Source: a virus
Length of the DNA: 64,000 nt
Strand: one strand, 5' to 3'
IMG/VR virus record: IMGVR_UViG_3300033145_000692
Span: 1 to 64,000 of that record
A program made the position numbers and the translations under genes. Positions 54,698 to 64,000 of the stretch are shown here, piece after piece; the first letter of the stretch is position 1; the number at the start of each line of letters is the position of its first letter. Under the pieces are notes generated by a model that ran no database searches, was not told the DNA's origin, and was given only the letters and a program-made list of their open reading frames with translations.

Positions 54698-57487
54698 TTA
54701 CTCATTAAGAAAGGCAGTTCCAGCACCCATCTTCTCACCTTCGGAATCATACTGGAAGTCGAAGACCTTACCGTCTTCCTCCTCACTATTACCCCATTTA
54801 GCGATGTCACAATCGACTATCAACTTTTCATCATCATCAACCTTCTTGAAGAAGGTTATCAATGGGGCTGACTCCTCAGTTTCACTATCTCTGATCATTG
54901 TTGTTCGGAGGTCAATCTTAAAAACTCCATCAATCGTTGGAATGTCTGAAATGTATTGATCCTCAAGATACCCCGTTCTGAGATCAGGATTGGGATTAGC
55001 CTGGGTAGACAACTCGGCATAGGTGTCTGAGAAGACCACCGCCTGTGCTGCAAAGTCGGCATCAGTTGGAGAGGAGTCTCCCCAGTCAGCGTGACCTATA
55101 AAGATAACGTTAGGACCACCAACCCATACGACACCATCACCCCAGTTGTCTAGGTCTATAACCCCAATCGGAAGGGCACCATGGGCACCAGCACCAATAC
55201 CATCGCCACCGGCGTACCCTTGTTCCTCCTCCCAGTCTGTCGGAAACTTATCCCCTGTCGACAAAGCCGATGGCCAGAAGTGGAGGTACTCCACCATAGT
55301 CCCTGACTTGACAGGTGTTAGACAGGTGAAGTCGATCGTATTATCAACCGAGTTGTAACTGGCTGATTCAACAATCGCTTTGATGGAACCTGTTGCAATG
55401 TGTTCACCACTGAAGTCCAAGGTGATGGTGTCAAACGTTTCCAGGTTAAGCTTATTTAGATAGGACTTGAAACTGACCTTCTTCCATGTATTGGACTTCC
55501 GTATCAGCCAAAACGTCGCCGCCTTCAAGACGATGTCCGGTTGACTGAAACAGTAGAAATCGAACTCCTCAGTCTGGGTTCCATACTTCTTCACATTGTG
55601 GCGAAGGATGATCTTCTGTTCTTCATTTTCAGCCCAACTCACTCTCCATTTGATAACCATTTTGGTTACCAAATCTTCAGTTGGAGTCAACTCTATTTGA
55701 AGACCTTCCCCGGCATCTACATCACTGTCTGTGATGGTGTTGTCACTGGTGGGGTCCTCTGGGAGGTACTTAATGTAGAATGTCCCATTGGACAGCCACA
55801 ATGCACACCTCGCCTGGAAAGCAATATCCTGAAGAACATCAAGGGTGTTCTTCCGATCGAGGATCGGAAAATTCATCGGGAAGAGATCAAGCTTGGTCCG
55901 AATCGCCGTGAAACTCGTTGAGTCGAATGACAAGTCGGTGAAATTGTTGATGATGTATTCGAGGATATCGACCGTGTGTGGACCTACATCCGACTCGAAC
56001 GTAACGTACAGATCATCTTCCCAACCCTGGTCGGGGATGCTGCTCAAAAGATTAGTCACAATGATCTGAACAGCCGTGATAGGTCCATAATTCACCGTCT
56101 CAACCCGATAGAGTTCGGATGGTAGGTTCACGAGCTTCCTATCACTCTTGAACTTCTTGTAGGCTTTTACTGACAGCACTGTCCCAGAGATAGTACTGGC
56201 GACATACGTGAACTCTTCATCATCATAGAGACTGACCTGCGTCCCAGCTTCTTCCCAATGGTGTTGTAGAATATGCTCAGGTTTTGTTGTCTTGTTCTCA
56301 GGTGTTTCCAACTCTGTGATGGTCATTTGACTGCGGACTGATCTGCCCCATGAGGTAAAGCATGGTAGATCAGTCTCAAGCCAGAGATTCTCTGGACCTA
56401 TCTTCGGAGTGCATTTTACATGATAGGCAGCTTCCAATCGTTCGTATTCCTGGCTGATCACCAGAGCCTTCTCTTCGTTCTCCTCATGGAGACGATCGGT
56501 AACATGAAAGTTCACACCATCGAAGTACCCAGAAAAAATACCTGAGCCTATCCGAAGTTTGAGACCGATACCCTGTTGAAAATCCTCACCACCTAAGATA
56601 CGCACAGGATTGCAACCCAGTGCGTCTCCACCTGCCTGGTCAATAGCCTGTTGGACTGTCAACTCCCTTTGAAGTTGTTGACACTCCTCTGCCAACACCT
56701 TCCGATAAAGATCATAACCTATCTGCGAGTATAAATCATTAGATTGCTGTTCAAGACTTTCGGCTTGGCCCACCTCGCCGCACTGAAGCATACCATCTGC
56801 TGCCCTATTTAGATGATTCACTTGGAACATCTGTTTAGCGACATTCAAATCCACCTGGGAACCATTACCACCAAGTGGGGAATTCAAGTGGGCATCTTCC
56901 CCACTGATGATCCCGATCCCACATTGTGTTGTACCAGTGAGTGCCCTATTAAATTGGAGGCAGGGTGAATCTTGTACTGTCCCAAAGATCATTGGCCAAG
57001 TTTTTCCAATCAAATCCTTCGGAATCCAATCGAAATCACCTTCTTCCGTTGAGAAACCTATCTCCTTGTCTTCAAGTTGCGAGATGACTGTGAAGGAGAC
57101 GCTTCGGTCTCTCTCACTCCAAGTGATGGGCGAACTGATTTTACCTGCGAAAACGAGGAACTTGTCATCAGTTCCCAACCCTTCAAACCACTGATATACC
57201 CTGGCGCTCCTTTTGTGAATGTCATAGGTGTCGAGGATTGTTTTGATGGTGCCATCTGTGTCATCCAGTACAAGTGATATTTCTTGGGACGAGTTATTCT
57301 CACTGACATTGATCACATTGTCCAAGTCACTGACCTCAAGAATCCTGCCAGGAATACTTCCTACATCCCGGTCGGCATACTGAGACCCTTGTGTATCTTG
57401 CACCCAGTCTATTTCTATGATTGTCACAGGCTCGTTCCCGAGCTTGGTAGCGATTTTCGCTAGGGCATTTGCAGACAGATTTCTCAT
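54698..57487 (-). CDS. Putative tail tip / baseplate hub protein
   Basis: 929 aa; WPMIFG motif and hub-like organisation; follows a Dit-like gene. Confidence 0.65.
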   Translation of the reverse strand: MRNLSANALAKIATKLGNEPVTIIEIDWVQDTQGSQYADRDVGSIPGRILEVSDLDNVINVSENNSSQEISLVLDDTDGTIKTILDTYDIHKRSARVYQWFEGLGTDDKFLVFAGKISSPITWSERDRSVSFTVISQLEDKEIGFSTEEGDFDWIPKDLIGKTWPMIFGTVQDSPCLQFNRALTGTTQCGIGIISGEDAHLNSPLGGNGSQVDLNVAKQMFQVNHLNRAADGMLQCGEVGQAESLEQQSNDLYSQIGYDLYRKVLAEECQQLQRELTVQQAIDQAGGDALGCNPVRILGGEDFQQGIGLKLRIGSGIFSGYFDGVNFHVTDRLHEENEEKALVISQEYERLEAAYHVKCTPKIGPENLWLETDLPCFTSWGRSVRSQMTITELETPENKTTKPEHILQHHWEEAGTQVSLYDDEEFTYVASTISGTVLSVKAYKKFKSDRKLVNLPSELYRVETVNYGPITAVQIIVTNLLSSIPDQGWEDDLYVTFESDVGPHTVDILEYIINNFTDLSFDSTSFTAIRTKLDLFPMNFPILDRKNTLDVLQDIAFQARCALWLSNGTFYIKYLPEDPTSDNTITDSDVDAGEGLQIELTPTEDLVTKMVIKWRVSWAENEEQKIILRHNVKKYGTQTEEFDFYCFSQPDIVLKAATFWLIRKSNTWKKVSFKSYLNKLNLETFDTITLDFSGEHIATGSIKAIVESASYNSVDNTIDFTCLTPVKSGTMVEYLHFWPSALSTGDKFPTDWEEEQGYAGGDGIGAGAHGALPIGVIDLDNWGDGVVWVGGPNVIFIGHADWGDSSPTDADFAAQAVVFSDTYAELSTQANPNPDLRTGYLEDQYISDIPTIDGVFKIDLRTTMIRDSETEESAPLITFFKKVDDDEKLIVDCDIAKWGNSEEEDGKVFDFQYDSEGEKMGAGTAFLNE

Positions 57488-57879
57488 ATCTCATCTCCCT
57501 CAAACTCAATAGTGATCACCTGTGACTCTCCGCGAGGCATAGGTGAAATTGCCGGGGCTGCCCGGCTTGGTGTGTCAAACTCAAATGGATTATTCACCAG
57601 GTGTCCAATCCACACACGATCATTGTGGTCCGTTACCTTAATCGTTGAAGCAAAGTAGGATTGGATGAAAGCTCGGACTTCCAAACCTTTGTTCCGAGTC
57701 AACTTGAAAGTCCACTGGAGCTTCTTACCCTGCTTCCTTTTAACGTAAGTGTACAACGTGCCGTCCATGGCTCTCTTGGCTGACAAGTCAACCCTGAGTG
57801 ACTCACTGTCACCAAAGATTGGGTTGGGTAGGATCGAACTGGTCTGTAACTGTGGGAACGGAGCTTGAAAATAGAACAT
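57484..57879 (-). CDS. Putative distal tail (Dit-like) protein
   Basis: RAMDGTLYTY...QWTF...TDHNDRVW; similar to the middle domain of 62202-63929. Confidence 0.55.
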   Translation of the reverse strand: MFYFQAPFPQLQTSSILPNPIFGDSESLRVDLSAKRAMDGTLYTYVKRKQGKKLQWTFKLTRNKGLEVRAFIQSYFASTIKVTDHNDRVWIGHLVNNPFEFDTPSRAAPAISPMPRGESQVITIEFEGDEI

Positions 57880-57924
57880 AGGCTACGCCTCCGTAAATTT
57901 GTGGAATAATTCCTTAATCCTAGC

Positions 57925-57978
57925 GATACACACCCAACAATTTGGTCCATACACATTGATGATTGTCGGGTGTGTATC
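57925..57978 (-). other. 17-bp-stem intergenic hairpin
   Basis: gatacacacccaacaat / attgtcgggtgtgtatc; the one mismatch is a G-U pair on the mRNA strand. Confidence 0.7.
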
Positions 57979-58005
57979 ATCTAGATTATTTAGGATGCTT
58001 TTCCT

Positions 58006-58275
58006 TTAGCCAACAAATTCTTCACGTGGAATCTGAGTCGTCGCTGCCTTGGACGCCTCCGAGGTCTCCCAGAGGTATACTTCGTTGTTAAGCCACCGGG
58101 CAATTACCTTCTTAGCCCACACGCTAGGAGCAAATTTCGCAATCATTGGATGCCCTTCTTCTAGGGGGTCTCCATCCCACTCTGGGTCTAAGATCTGTGG
58201 GCATGGGTACTTTCCATTAAGAGCAACAACAAAACGGACTGCTTTTTCGTCGGGGATATTCAACGGGATAATCAT
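58006..58275 (-). CDS. Hypothetical protein (tail-fibre associated)
   Basis: AAGGAG RBS. Confidence 0.65.
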   Translation of the reverse strand: MIIPLNIPDEKAVRFVVALNGKYPCPQILDPEWDGDPLEEGHPMIAKFAPSVWAKKVIARWLNNEVYLWETSEASKAATTQIPREEFVG

Positions 58276-58305
58276 TTTGTCTCCTTGTGGTAGAATTACA
58301 GTGCG

Positions 58306-58425
58306 CTAAAATCGGCCGGCGTTACGGATCGTGAGTTTATCCAGGTAGTCAGCCCACGCGGCGCTATTGGAACCAGACGCAACAAGAAGCTGGTTGTCAG
58401 CAGTGGGGTCGCCATAATCGTTCAT
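58306..58425 (-). pseudogene. 39-aa remnant resembling a tail-fibre N-terminus
   Basis: AAGGAG RBS; DNQLLVASGSNSAAW..L..LT resembles ENYVLVADVSGNGVW..L..LT in the fibre. Confidence 0.4.
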
Positions 58426-58490
58426 AACTTTTCTCCTTCAAAGGGGTGTACCCTGAAGATCAGGGAGAAATTGTAAATAAGCCAGATCCC

Positions 58491-61091
58491 TTATTTGACC
58501 GTTTCTTGCCGGCTGCCAAGGGTGTCAATTTGGTAATGGACTCCGATCATCTCAACAAAGGGATCGTTGGCTGGTTCTGTCCCAGTACCTGTGATCCTCT
58601 TCACACGAATTTTCAAAAGGGCTCCTATTTTGTAGTTTGTCCCTGTGATTGCCCCAACAGTGAGGCGGTGATGCATCTTATCCGCCTCTGAAGCAATAAT
58701 ATCCTCTTCGTCAGATAAATTGGCCTCGGCCGCCATCACCTCAGCCCCATCACCGATCGAATAGAATACTTGGTATTTCACCTTCCGTGCTGTCCCGTCA
58801 TTTGCGCCATCCGTTATGAAATGAACATGGACCTGGAGGTCAGTCCCCTCTTTCCAATCATGCAAAATTTCGGCGGTCGCTAGATCGGCATAGTCATCAA
58901 TAGCAAATGTGTACGAATTCAAATTCGTAGAATAAGAGTCCCAAGAAGGTGTATTTGATGCTGGGACTTTTGCCCCTGCAAGGGGTATGAATATGTCATT
59001 CCATACAACTTCCGCGAGTTCAAGTGTCTTTTCCGTACCACAATCAAGAATGATATCAGACGGAGCAATAGCACCTGAATCTATGATGAAATCAGTTCCA
59101 TCATAGTAGGCAAGAACATCTTTCCCTGCACCAAATACCAGATTCTGATTGTCAGCCGGAAGCCATACATGCCCACTGCTGTCGACCCAGATTCTTTCAA
59201 CCCCATCGCCATCCGCAATGATGATGTTATTGGCTAGGTCGGCAGCCAGTCCAGCGACATTCGCGCCAATGATCGTGTTACTGTCACCGGTGGCAATGCT
59301 ACGCCCGGTGTTATACCCAATCCCAGTGTTATTGCTACCGGTAGTCAGGTCGCGCAATGCGTACGACGCGATTCCAGTGTTGTAATTACCCTCGGTAAGC
59401 ACTGGCATCGTAAATGCACCAAGTCCGATATTGGATGATCCAAGAGTAACTGCATATAGTGCAGATTTTCCTATTGCAGTATTCGCATTAGCCAACGTAC
59501 TCTTGAACAGTGAGAGGTACCCGATGGCTACATTATTATCACCTTCGGTGTTAGATTTCAGGGCGTCCGATCCAATTGCTACATTCACTGACCCTGTAGT
59601 GTTATAGAACAGAGCTTGAACGCCAATTCCTACATTCCGTTCGCCCGACGTATTGTAATAGAGTGCTGCCTGACCAATCGCAAAGTTGCTCCAGCCTGTG
59701 GTGTTGAAATACAAAGCCGCTCTTCCAAATGCGGTATTCTGGTAACCAGTCGTGTTGCTGAAAAGCGATGTGTACCCAATACAGATGTTCTTGTAGCCCG
59801 TCGTGTTGTTATACAGCGAGTTCCGACCGAGTCCAACATTGTAGCTTCCAGACGTGTTGGTACGTCCAGCAGTCTCCCCAATATAGAGATTGGTGAGTCC
59901 GCCTGTTGAGCGGATATCAATTGTTCTTTCGGTATTGGCGTCTATGAGATAAAGCAACGGATCAGAGTTGGCTGTGATCTCCTTGGCTGACACCGAGTCG
60001 ATCATTCCATCGAATGTTGAACCAGGGGTGAATGTAAGATCCAGGTTCGTAGTCGCTGTGGCCTTAAAGCTGATATAGTAGGTACCGTTACCTACTGTTT
60101 CACGTTCACCTGTAAGACCACCAAGCGTGAGTGTGACCACACCAACTGTGCGGCTTGACATAACAAACTGAACGTGGTACGTTTCCCCATCTGTAACCGC
60201 AATTGATTGAAGTAACGTGGGGATATTTCCAGTGGCGTGCAACGCTTTTCCGGAGGCGTCCCATGACCATCCGGTACCAGCAGTCCAGCTTGACAGGTCG
60301 GAAGCGAAATCACCGTTGGTGAGAAGTTCGGTTCCTAACACAGCATTATCATTACCGGAACCTTTAACATTCAACTGACCACCTGTTAGAGTTGCGGTTC
60401 CAACACCCATCTTGCCGGTCGTGGACAAGTCCTCATCATCGAAACTGATTGCGCCAGTGTCACTGGTGATGGTCACAGCCGTCAATTGATCAGCCGAGAC
60501 TGTCCCGATAGCACTTAGATTGCCTGAGGAATCCAGTTCCATTAACTCAGTCCAGGTGATTGTCGCAACCGCTGCTAGGGAAAAATTCCATGTGAAGGAA
60601 TTCTGATGGTATCCCATCGAGAACTTAAATCGTCTACCTAAGTCTGTTCGCACTGATTCCCATGTCTTAGTTACACGATCCCAATAGGCATTGTGAGTTA
60701 GGTATGTCTGGTAGTGGTAGTTATTATCCTTATCTCTGGAAGTACCCCCAAGAATTGAGAATCCACCGGCAGCACCCTCACCAATCCTTAAAATAGCATC
60801 TAAATCACCAATTTGACAATCCCAGGTTGTATCAACACCAGAAGAGTTAATACTGATTGCGCCAGTGTCACTGGTGATCGCCGCGCCGTCAATCGTAATG
60901 TTGTCAACAATGAGTGACGTGAGACCGGCTAGATCCGATGACCACACACCGTTCCCGCTTACATCGGCAACGAGAACATAATTCTCAGTGCCCCCGGTCG
61001 AAGGGAGATTCCACCCACCAACATCAAGAGGCTCACCTGAAGCAAGCAGTTCGAGTTGACCGGCATTGATAGTTAGAGGTTTACGAGCCAT
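58491..61091 (-). CDS. Tail fibre / adhesin with CBM-like domain and YadA-head-like beta-roll repeats
   Basis: ELLTNGDFASDLSSW (CBM-like); about 14 NxAIGxxALxxNTTG repeats. Confidence 0.8.
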   Translation of the reverse strand: MARKPLTINAGQLELLASGEPLDVGGWNLPSTGGTENYVLVADVSGNGVWSSDLAGLTSLIVDNITIDGAAITSDTGAISINSSGVDTTWDCQIGDLDAILRIGEGAAGGFSILGGTSRDKDNNYHYQTYLTHNAYWDRVTKTWESVRTDLGRRFKFSMGYHQNSFTWNFSLAAVATITWTELMELDSSGNLSAIGTVSADQLTAVTITSDTGAISFDDEDLSTTGKMGVGTATLTGGQLNVKGSGNDNAVLGTELLTNGDFASDLSSWTAGTGWSWDASGKALHATGNIPTLLQSIAVTDGETYHVQFVMSSRTVGVVTLTLGGLTGERETVGNGTYYISFKATATTNLDLTFTPGSTFDGMIDSVSAKEITANSDPLLYLIDANTERTIDIRSTGGLTNLYIGETAGRTNTSGSYNVGLGRNSLYNNTTGYKNICIGYTSLFSNTTGYQNTAFGRAALYFNTTGWSNFAIGQAALYYNTSGERNVGIGVQALFYNTTGSVNVAIGSDALKSNTEGDNNVAIGYLSLFKSTLANANTAIGKSALYAVTLGSSNIGLGAFTMPVLTEGNYNTGIASYALRDLTTGSNNTGIGYNTGRSIATGDSNTIIGANVAGLAADLANNIIIADGDGVERIWVDSSGHVWLPADNQNLVFGAGKDVLAYYDGTDFIIDSGAIAPSDIILDCGTEKTLELAEVVWNDIFIPLAGAKVPASNTPSWDSYSTNLNSYTFAIDDYADLATAEILHDWKEGTDLQVHVHFITDGANDGTARKVKYQVFYSIGDGAEVMAAEANLSDEEDIIASEADKMHHRLTVGAITGTNYKIGALLKIRVKRITGTGTEPANDPFVEMIGVHYQIDTLGSRQETVK
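60444..60878. repeat. 27-bp direct repeat (60444-60470 / 60852-60878) encoding ITSDTGAIS
   Basis: actgattgcgccagtgtcactggtgat is identical at both sites, 408 bp apart (in frame). Confidence 0.9.
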
Positions 61092-61157
61092 GGTTCTCTC
61101 TCCCCAAACGTATGTATTGAAACCTGCCCCTGACGCTCAGGAGCAGGTGTTGCTGAC

Positions 61158-61213
61158 ATTACAACTTGATGATCTACAACTTGATGATCTACAACTTGAT
61201 CTACAACTTGATC
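61158..61213. repeat. Four tandem copies of ATCAAGTTGTA(G/A) on the - strand, duplicating the IKL* end of the upstream gene
   Basis: Directly visible. Confidence 0.9.
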
Positions 61214-61683
61214 GGGTCCATGATCGAGATTTCCAGTTCGGTAGTGCTGAGAGCTTTACCAACCTGAACCGAATACTCACCACCGGCAGTCGGAGAGGTA
61301 TCCGTGATGCGACCGGCTGTCGCAGCACTCAGGTAGTACACAGAGCCAGTCGTGAGACCACCTGTATCACCTGTGACAGCGTCCCACTGACCTGTCGTCG
61401 CCGAGAGCACACCATCGGACTGAACCATCCCAGCAGTGGCTGCGGCGATGGAGGGGTCCTTCACCAAAGCGACCATATCCATGGTACCTGCCGCATTGGC
61501 TTGAGCCTTATCACAAGTGTCGGCTCCGTCAATATAGACAGCCTCACCAATGACAGCAGGGGAACCATTGTTATTGGTCAATTCAATCAGGTCTACTTCG
61601 GCGAGATCGGCATCGACAGTGTCACCTGCTTGGAGGCGTTCAATCCTACCTGCCACCATCACAAGGGTTTTTCGTGTTGCCAT
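61201..61683 (-). CDS. Virion structural protein (DUF2190/cement-like), paralog
   Basis: IGEAVY...GLTTGSVYYLS..TAG..T...VGKA. Confidence 0.7.
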   Translation of the reverse strand: MATRKTLVMVAGRIERLQAGDTVDADLAEVDLIELTNNNGSPAVIGEAVYIDGADTCDKAQANAAGTMDMVALVKDPSIAAATAGMVQSDGVLSATTGQWDAVTGDTGGLTTGSVYYLSAATAGRITDTSPTAGGEYSVQVGKALSTTELEISIMDPIKL

Positions 61684-61700
61684 AGGGCATTCCTTTATGG

Positions 61701-62189
61701 TTAGAGTTTGACCGCATTCAGAATGGTGATTTCCATGTCCGTGGTACTGACAGCCTTACCAACGCGGATAACAAACTCACCATCGCCTGTTGGGGCTGTT
61801 TGTGTCAGATTTCCGGCGGTGGTCTCATCCAGGTAATAGACAGCACCGGCCGTTAGACCACCTGTCTCGCCAGTAACGGCATCCCACTGCCCGGTGGTAG
61901 CCGTCAGGACACCATCGGTCTGGATATTACCGCTGGATTGGTAGACAATTGAAGTCACTGCAACCAGTCCTAGAACCTCAACTGTTCCCACAGCATCAGC
62001 TTTTGCATTGTCAACCTTACCAGCAGACTTTACATAGACAGGGGCGCCAATAACGATGGCAGCCGCACCGGTATCGTTTTCCAACGATACAACATCAACT
62101 TCGCCGGTGACAGCAGAGTCGAGCACATCACCCGATTGAATCTGTTGGATCTGACCATCGACGATAACAAGTGGTTTTCTCAATGCCAT
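61701..62189 (-). CDS. Virion structural protein (DUF2190/cement-like), paralog
   Basis: IGAPVY...GLTAGAVYYLD..TAG..T...VGKA. Confidence 0.7.
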   Translation of the reverse strand: MALRKPLVIVDGQIQQIQSGDVLDSAVTGEVDVVSLENDTGAAAIVIGAPVYVKSAGKVDNAKADAVGTVEVLGLVAVTSIVYQSSGNIQTDGVLTATTGQWDAVTGETGGLTAGAVYYLDETTAGNLTQTAPTGDGEFVIRVGKAVSTTDMEITILNAVKL

Positions 62190-62201
62190 TTTATGGTTCC
62201 T

Positions 62202-63929
62202 TTACAAAAGAATTGGCAGTTCGATCTCAATGTCGAGAGTCCTGACATTTACTGCCCGACCCACACGGACTACAAATTGACCGACTGTAGTCGGAGCCGT
62301 AGTCGTAATTCTCCCAGCAGTTGCTGAGTCAAGGAAGTAGGTAGCCCCGGGGGATAACTCCAAGGTACCAGCAATAGTAGTCCAATCCAAACGTTCGACC
62401 ATCCCTTCCGTGAGGTATTGACAAGTCTCGCCCGACAGACAATCAACCTGGACGAAACCAACAACTTCAGTTGTTAATTGCGAGTCAGCTTTCGCCAAGT
62501 CAACTGAACCGGCACCCGTGATATAGACAGGCTGTCCATCATCAAGGTCAACAGCGGCGATTGCTGTGTAGTAGTCTGTGGCACTTGGCATGGTTGGTAG
62601 AATCGGATCACTGGGGACATAATAGCCATCGGCACGCTCCGAGCGTGTTGATGAATATCGAAGGGCAATCGGAACGATCTGCGGATTCCAAATTGGATCG
62701 AGTTCACCTTCAAAGTCAAAGCTTGCTGTGAAGGAGTCAAACCGATCCTCAACAAGAGGTTCACTCGGTGAGGTTATCACACCTCTCCAGTAACGATGTT
62801 CCCAGTCGATCAATCCAATCTCTTGACCCAGGTGATCACTGATGAATGTTTGCAGTTCGTATGCTTCCACTCTCAGCAGACCTGAGAACGTCAACACAAG
62901 AGTCTGGATTTTTGGCCAGATTGGGTCAGCGAAAACAATCAATGTTCCACCACGGGTCTCACGTAGCACACGGTTGAAAGCCAACCGATCCTTGTTCCCA
63001 AGGTTGGGCGTCTTCAAAGCAACCGAATCAGTCACTACACCAATTGATGGGTACACCAACTGGAATGGTACCTCGATACCCACCATAGGACCGTCGATAG
63101 CAGTAGGTGGTGGGTCGGGTGCATTTGAATCAGTGCTCTCGCCAACGAATGGAGAGTACTGCCATCGAGATGAACCCTTCTCAAGTATATAAGTTGCTGA
63201 CTGTATTACCCCAAGTGCAGACGAAGATTCCCTCGTGGCGCGGACAACTGAGTACGTCGCTGTCTGTCCAAGATTCAACGTTGAATCATCTGTTGAAAAC
63301 CCAACGTCACCTGTTGAGGCTTGAGCAAAAACGATGATACTCTCAGCCTCTGGACCAAGCGTGAGGCTTGCCCAGACACTTTGACCAAGTGACATCGCAC
63401 TGGTAGCGACACCTGGTATAGCTGTCGCAAGAACCTTGAAAACACTGGCGGTCTGTCTGAAGTCAATCCGTGAAGACTGTGACCTTGACTGGTCACCAGC
63501 ATTTACCACCGAATGTCGCAGACCAGTTTCCGTTGTGACAAACTCAAAGGTGTCGAAGTCCCAAACTTCTTCAGTAGTCGTCAGGTCAGACTCAGCCGAC
63601 ACCCTAATTGGTTTAGTGGCTATTGCAGTCTGACCAAATTCGATAGTCGACGAAGTAGAAGCAAATTGAAACTGACTTCTAGCAGTTTGACTCAGTGACA
63701 GGATGTTATCTGCTGATCGGTTGAGTATGGTGTAAGCAGTAGCATCACTTCCAATTGAAAGTGTAGAAGTGGCCTGAACAACTGGGTAAAGGACTTCAAC
63801 CCGCTGCCTGGTTACATAGATATTTCCTGCTTCTTCTACAAGGGCTTCAACTCTTTGACGAGATACCTGAATTTCAGGGGCTTCTAAAACCAGAGCTTCT
63901 ACTCTCTGACGGGAAACATAAATAGCCAT
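62202..63929 (-). CDS. Multidomain tail protein (N-terminal repeats, Dit-like domain, C-terminal cement-like domain)
   Basis: (V[S/T]RQRVE)x3; RETRGGTL...IDWEHRYW; GQPVY...GATYFLD...VGRA. Confidence 0.65.
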   Translation of the reverse strand: MAIYVSRQRVEALVLEAPEIQVSRQRVEALVEEAGNIYVTRQRVEVLYPVVQATSTLSIGSDATAYTILNRSADNILSLSQTARSQFQFASTSSTIEFGQTAIATKPIRVSAESDLTTTEEVWDFDTFEFVTTETGLRHSVVNAGDQSRSQSSRIDFRQTASVFKVLATAIPGVATSAMSLGQSVWASLTLGPEAESIIVFAQASTGDVGFSTDDSTLNLGQTATYSVVRATRESSSALGVIQSATYILEKGSSRWQYSPFVGESTDSNAPDPPPTAIDGPMVGIEVPFQLVYPSIGVVTDSVALKTPNLGNKDRLAFNRVLRETRGGTLIVFADPIWPKIQTLVLTFSGLLRVEAYELQTFISDHLGQEIGLIDWEHRYWRGVITSPSEPLVEDRFDSFTASFDFEGELDPIWNPQIVPIALRYSSTRSERADGYYVPSDPILPTMPSATDYYTAIAAVDLDDGQPVYITGAGSVDLAKADSQLTTEVVGFVQVDCLSGETCQYLTEGMVERLDWTTIAGTLELSPGATYFLDSATAGRITTTAPTTVGQFVVRVGRAVNVRTLDIEIELPILL

Positions 63930-63946
63930 AACAGCGTCTCCCTCAA

Positions 63947-64000
63947 TTACGGAGTGTCAGCGCGAATTCCAAATTGTGCGGCGTCAAGGTCAGCCGGGAC
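63947..64000 (-). CDS. 3' end of an upstream structural gene (partial)
   Basis: VPADLDAAQFGIRADTP*. Confidence 0.5.
   Translation of the reverse strand, partial: VPADLDAAQFGIRADTP

Noticed and set aside
36233-61213. CRISPR or mini-array interpretation of short repeats
   Set aside because: Repeats are head-to-tail with no unique spacers, and no cas operon is present.
58491-63929. Diversity-generating retroelement acting on tail genes
   Set aside because: No reverse transcriptase and no adenine-specific TR/VR pair was seen.
1-64000. Genome-wide stop-codon reassignment
   Set aside because: All three stops end intact conserved genes (polA TAA, ligase TGA, dCMP deaminase TAG). Long genes have no internal stops, the interrupted genes use three different stops, and no suppressor tRNA is seen.

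Overview
A 64-kb slice of a large tailed dsDNA phage genome in the standard genetic code. The host cannot be identified from sequence alone; a Planctomycete-like anaerobe is only a guess. Positions 1-47.6 kb are transcribed leftward (- strand). They carry a XerC/D-type recombinase cut by the window edge, many small accessory genes behind sigma70-type promoters and two phage sigma factors. They also carry nucleotide-metabolism genes (archaeal-type ThyA, dCMP deaminase, MazG, NUDIX, 5'-nucleotidase, class II RNR with two inteins) and a SufS-type cysteine desulfurase. Replication and repair genes there include RNA and DNA ligases, a family A polymerase, an SNF2-type helicase with a class 3 intein and two ParB-like proteins, plus three tRNAs. 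A rightward operon (primase-helicase, DUF5664 dNTP diphosphohydrolase, HNH, exonuclease, Cys-rich paralogs) starts from a palindrome-rich divergent region bounded by a perfect 26-bp inverted repeat. Leftward tail and structural genes fill 54.7-64 kb. The most unusual observations are: (1) three sulfotransferase paralogs translationally chained to the DNA polymerase, suggesting a possible DNA or nucleotide sulfation system; (2) a cluster of otherwise intact, coupled early genes each broken by one in-frame stop (TAG, TAA or TGA); (3) the inverted-repeat-bounded divergent control region; (4) unannotated structured RNAs next to the tRNAs; (5) HNH endonuclease remnants with the nuclease core removed; (6) short tandem duplications across the window, some copying stop codons. 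All calls are from motif reading by eye; no searches were run.
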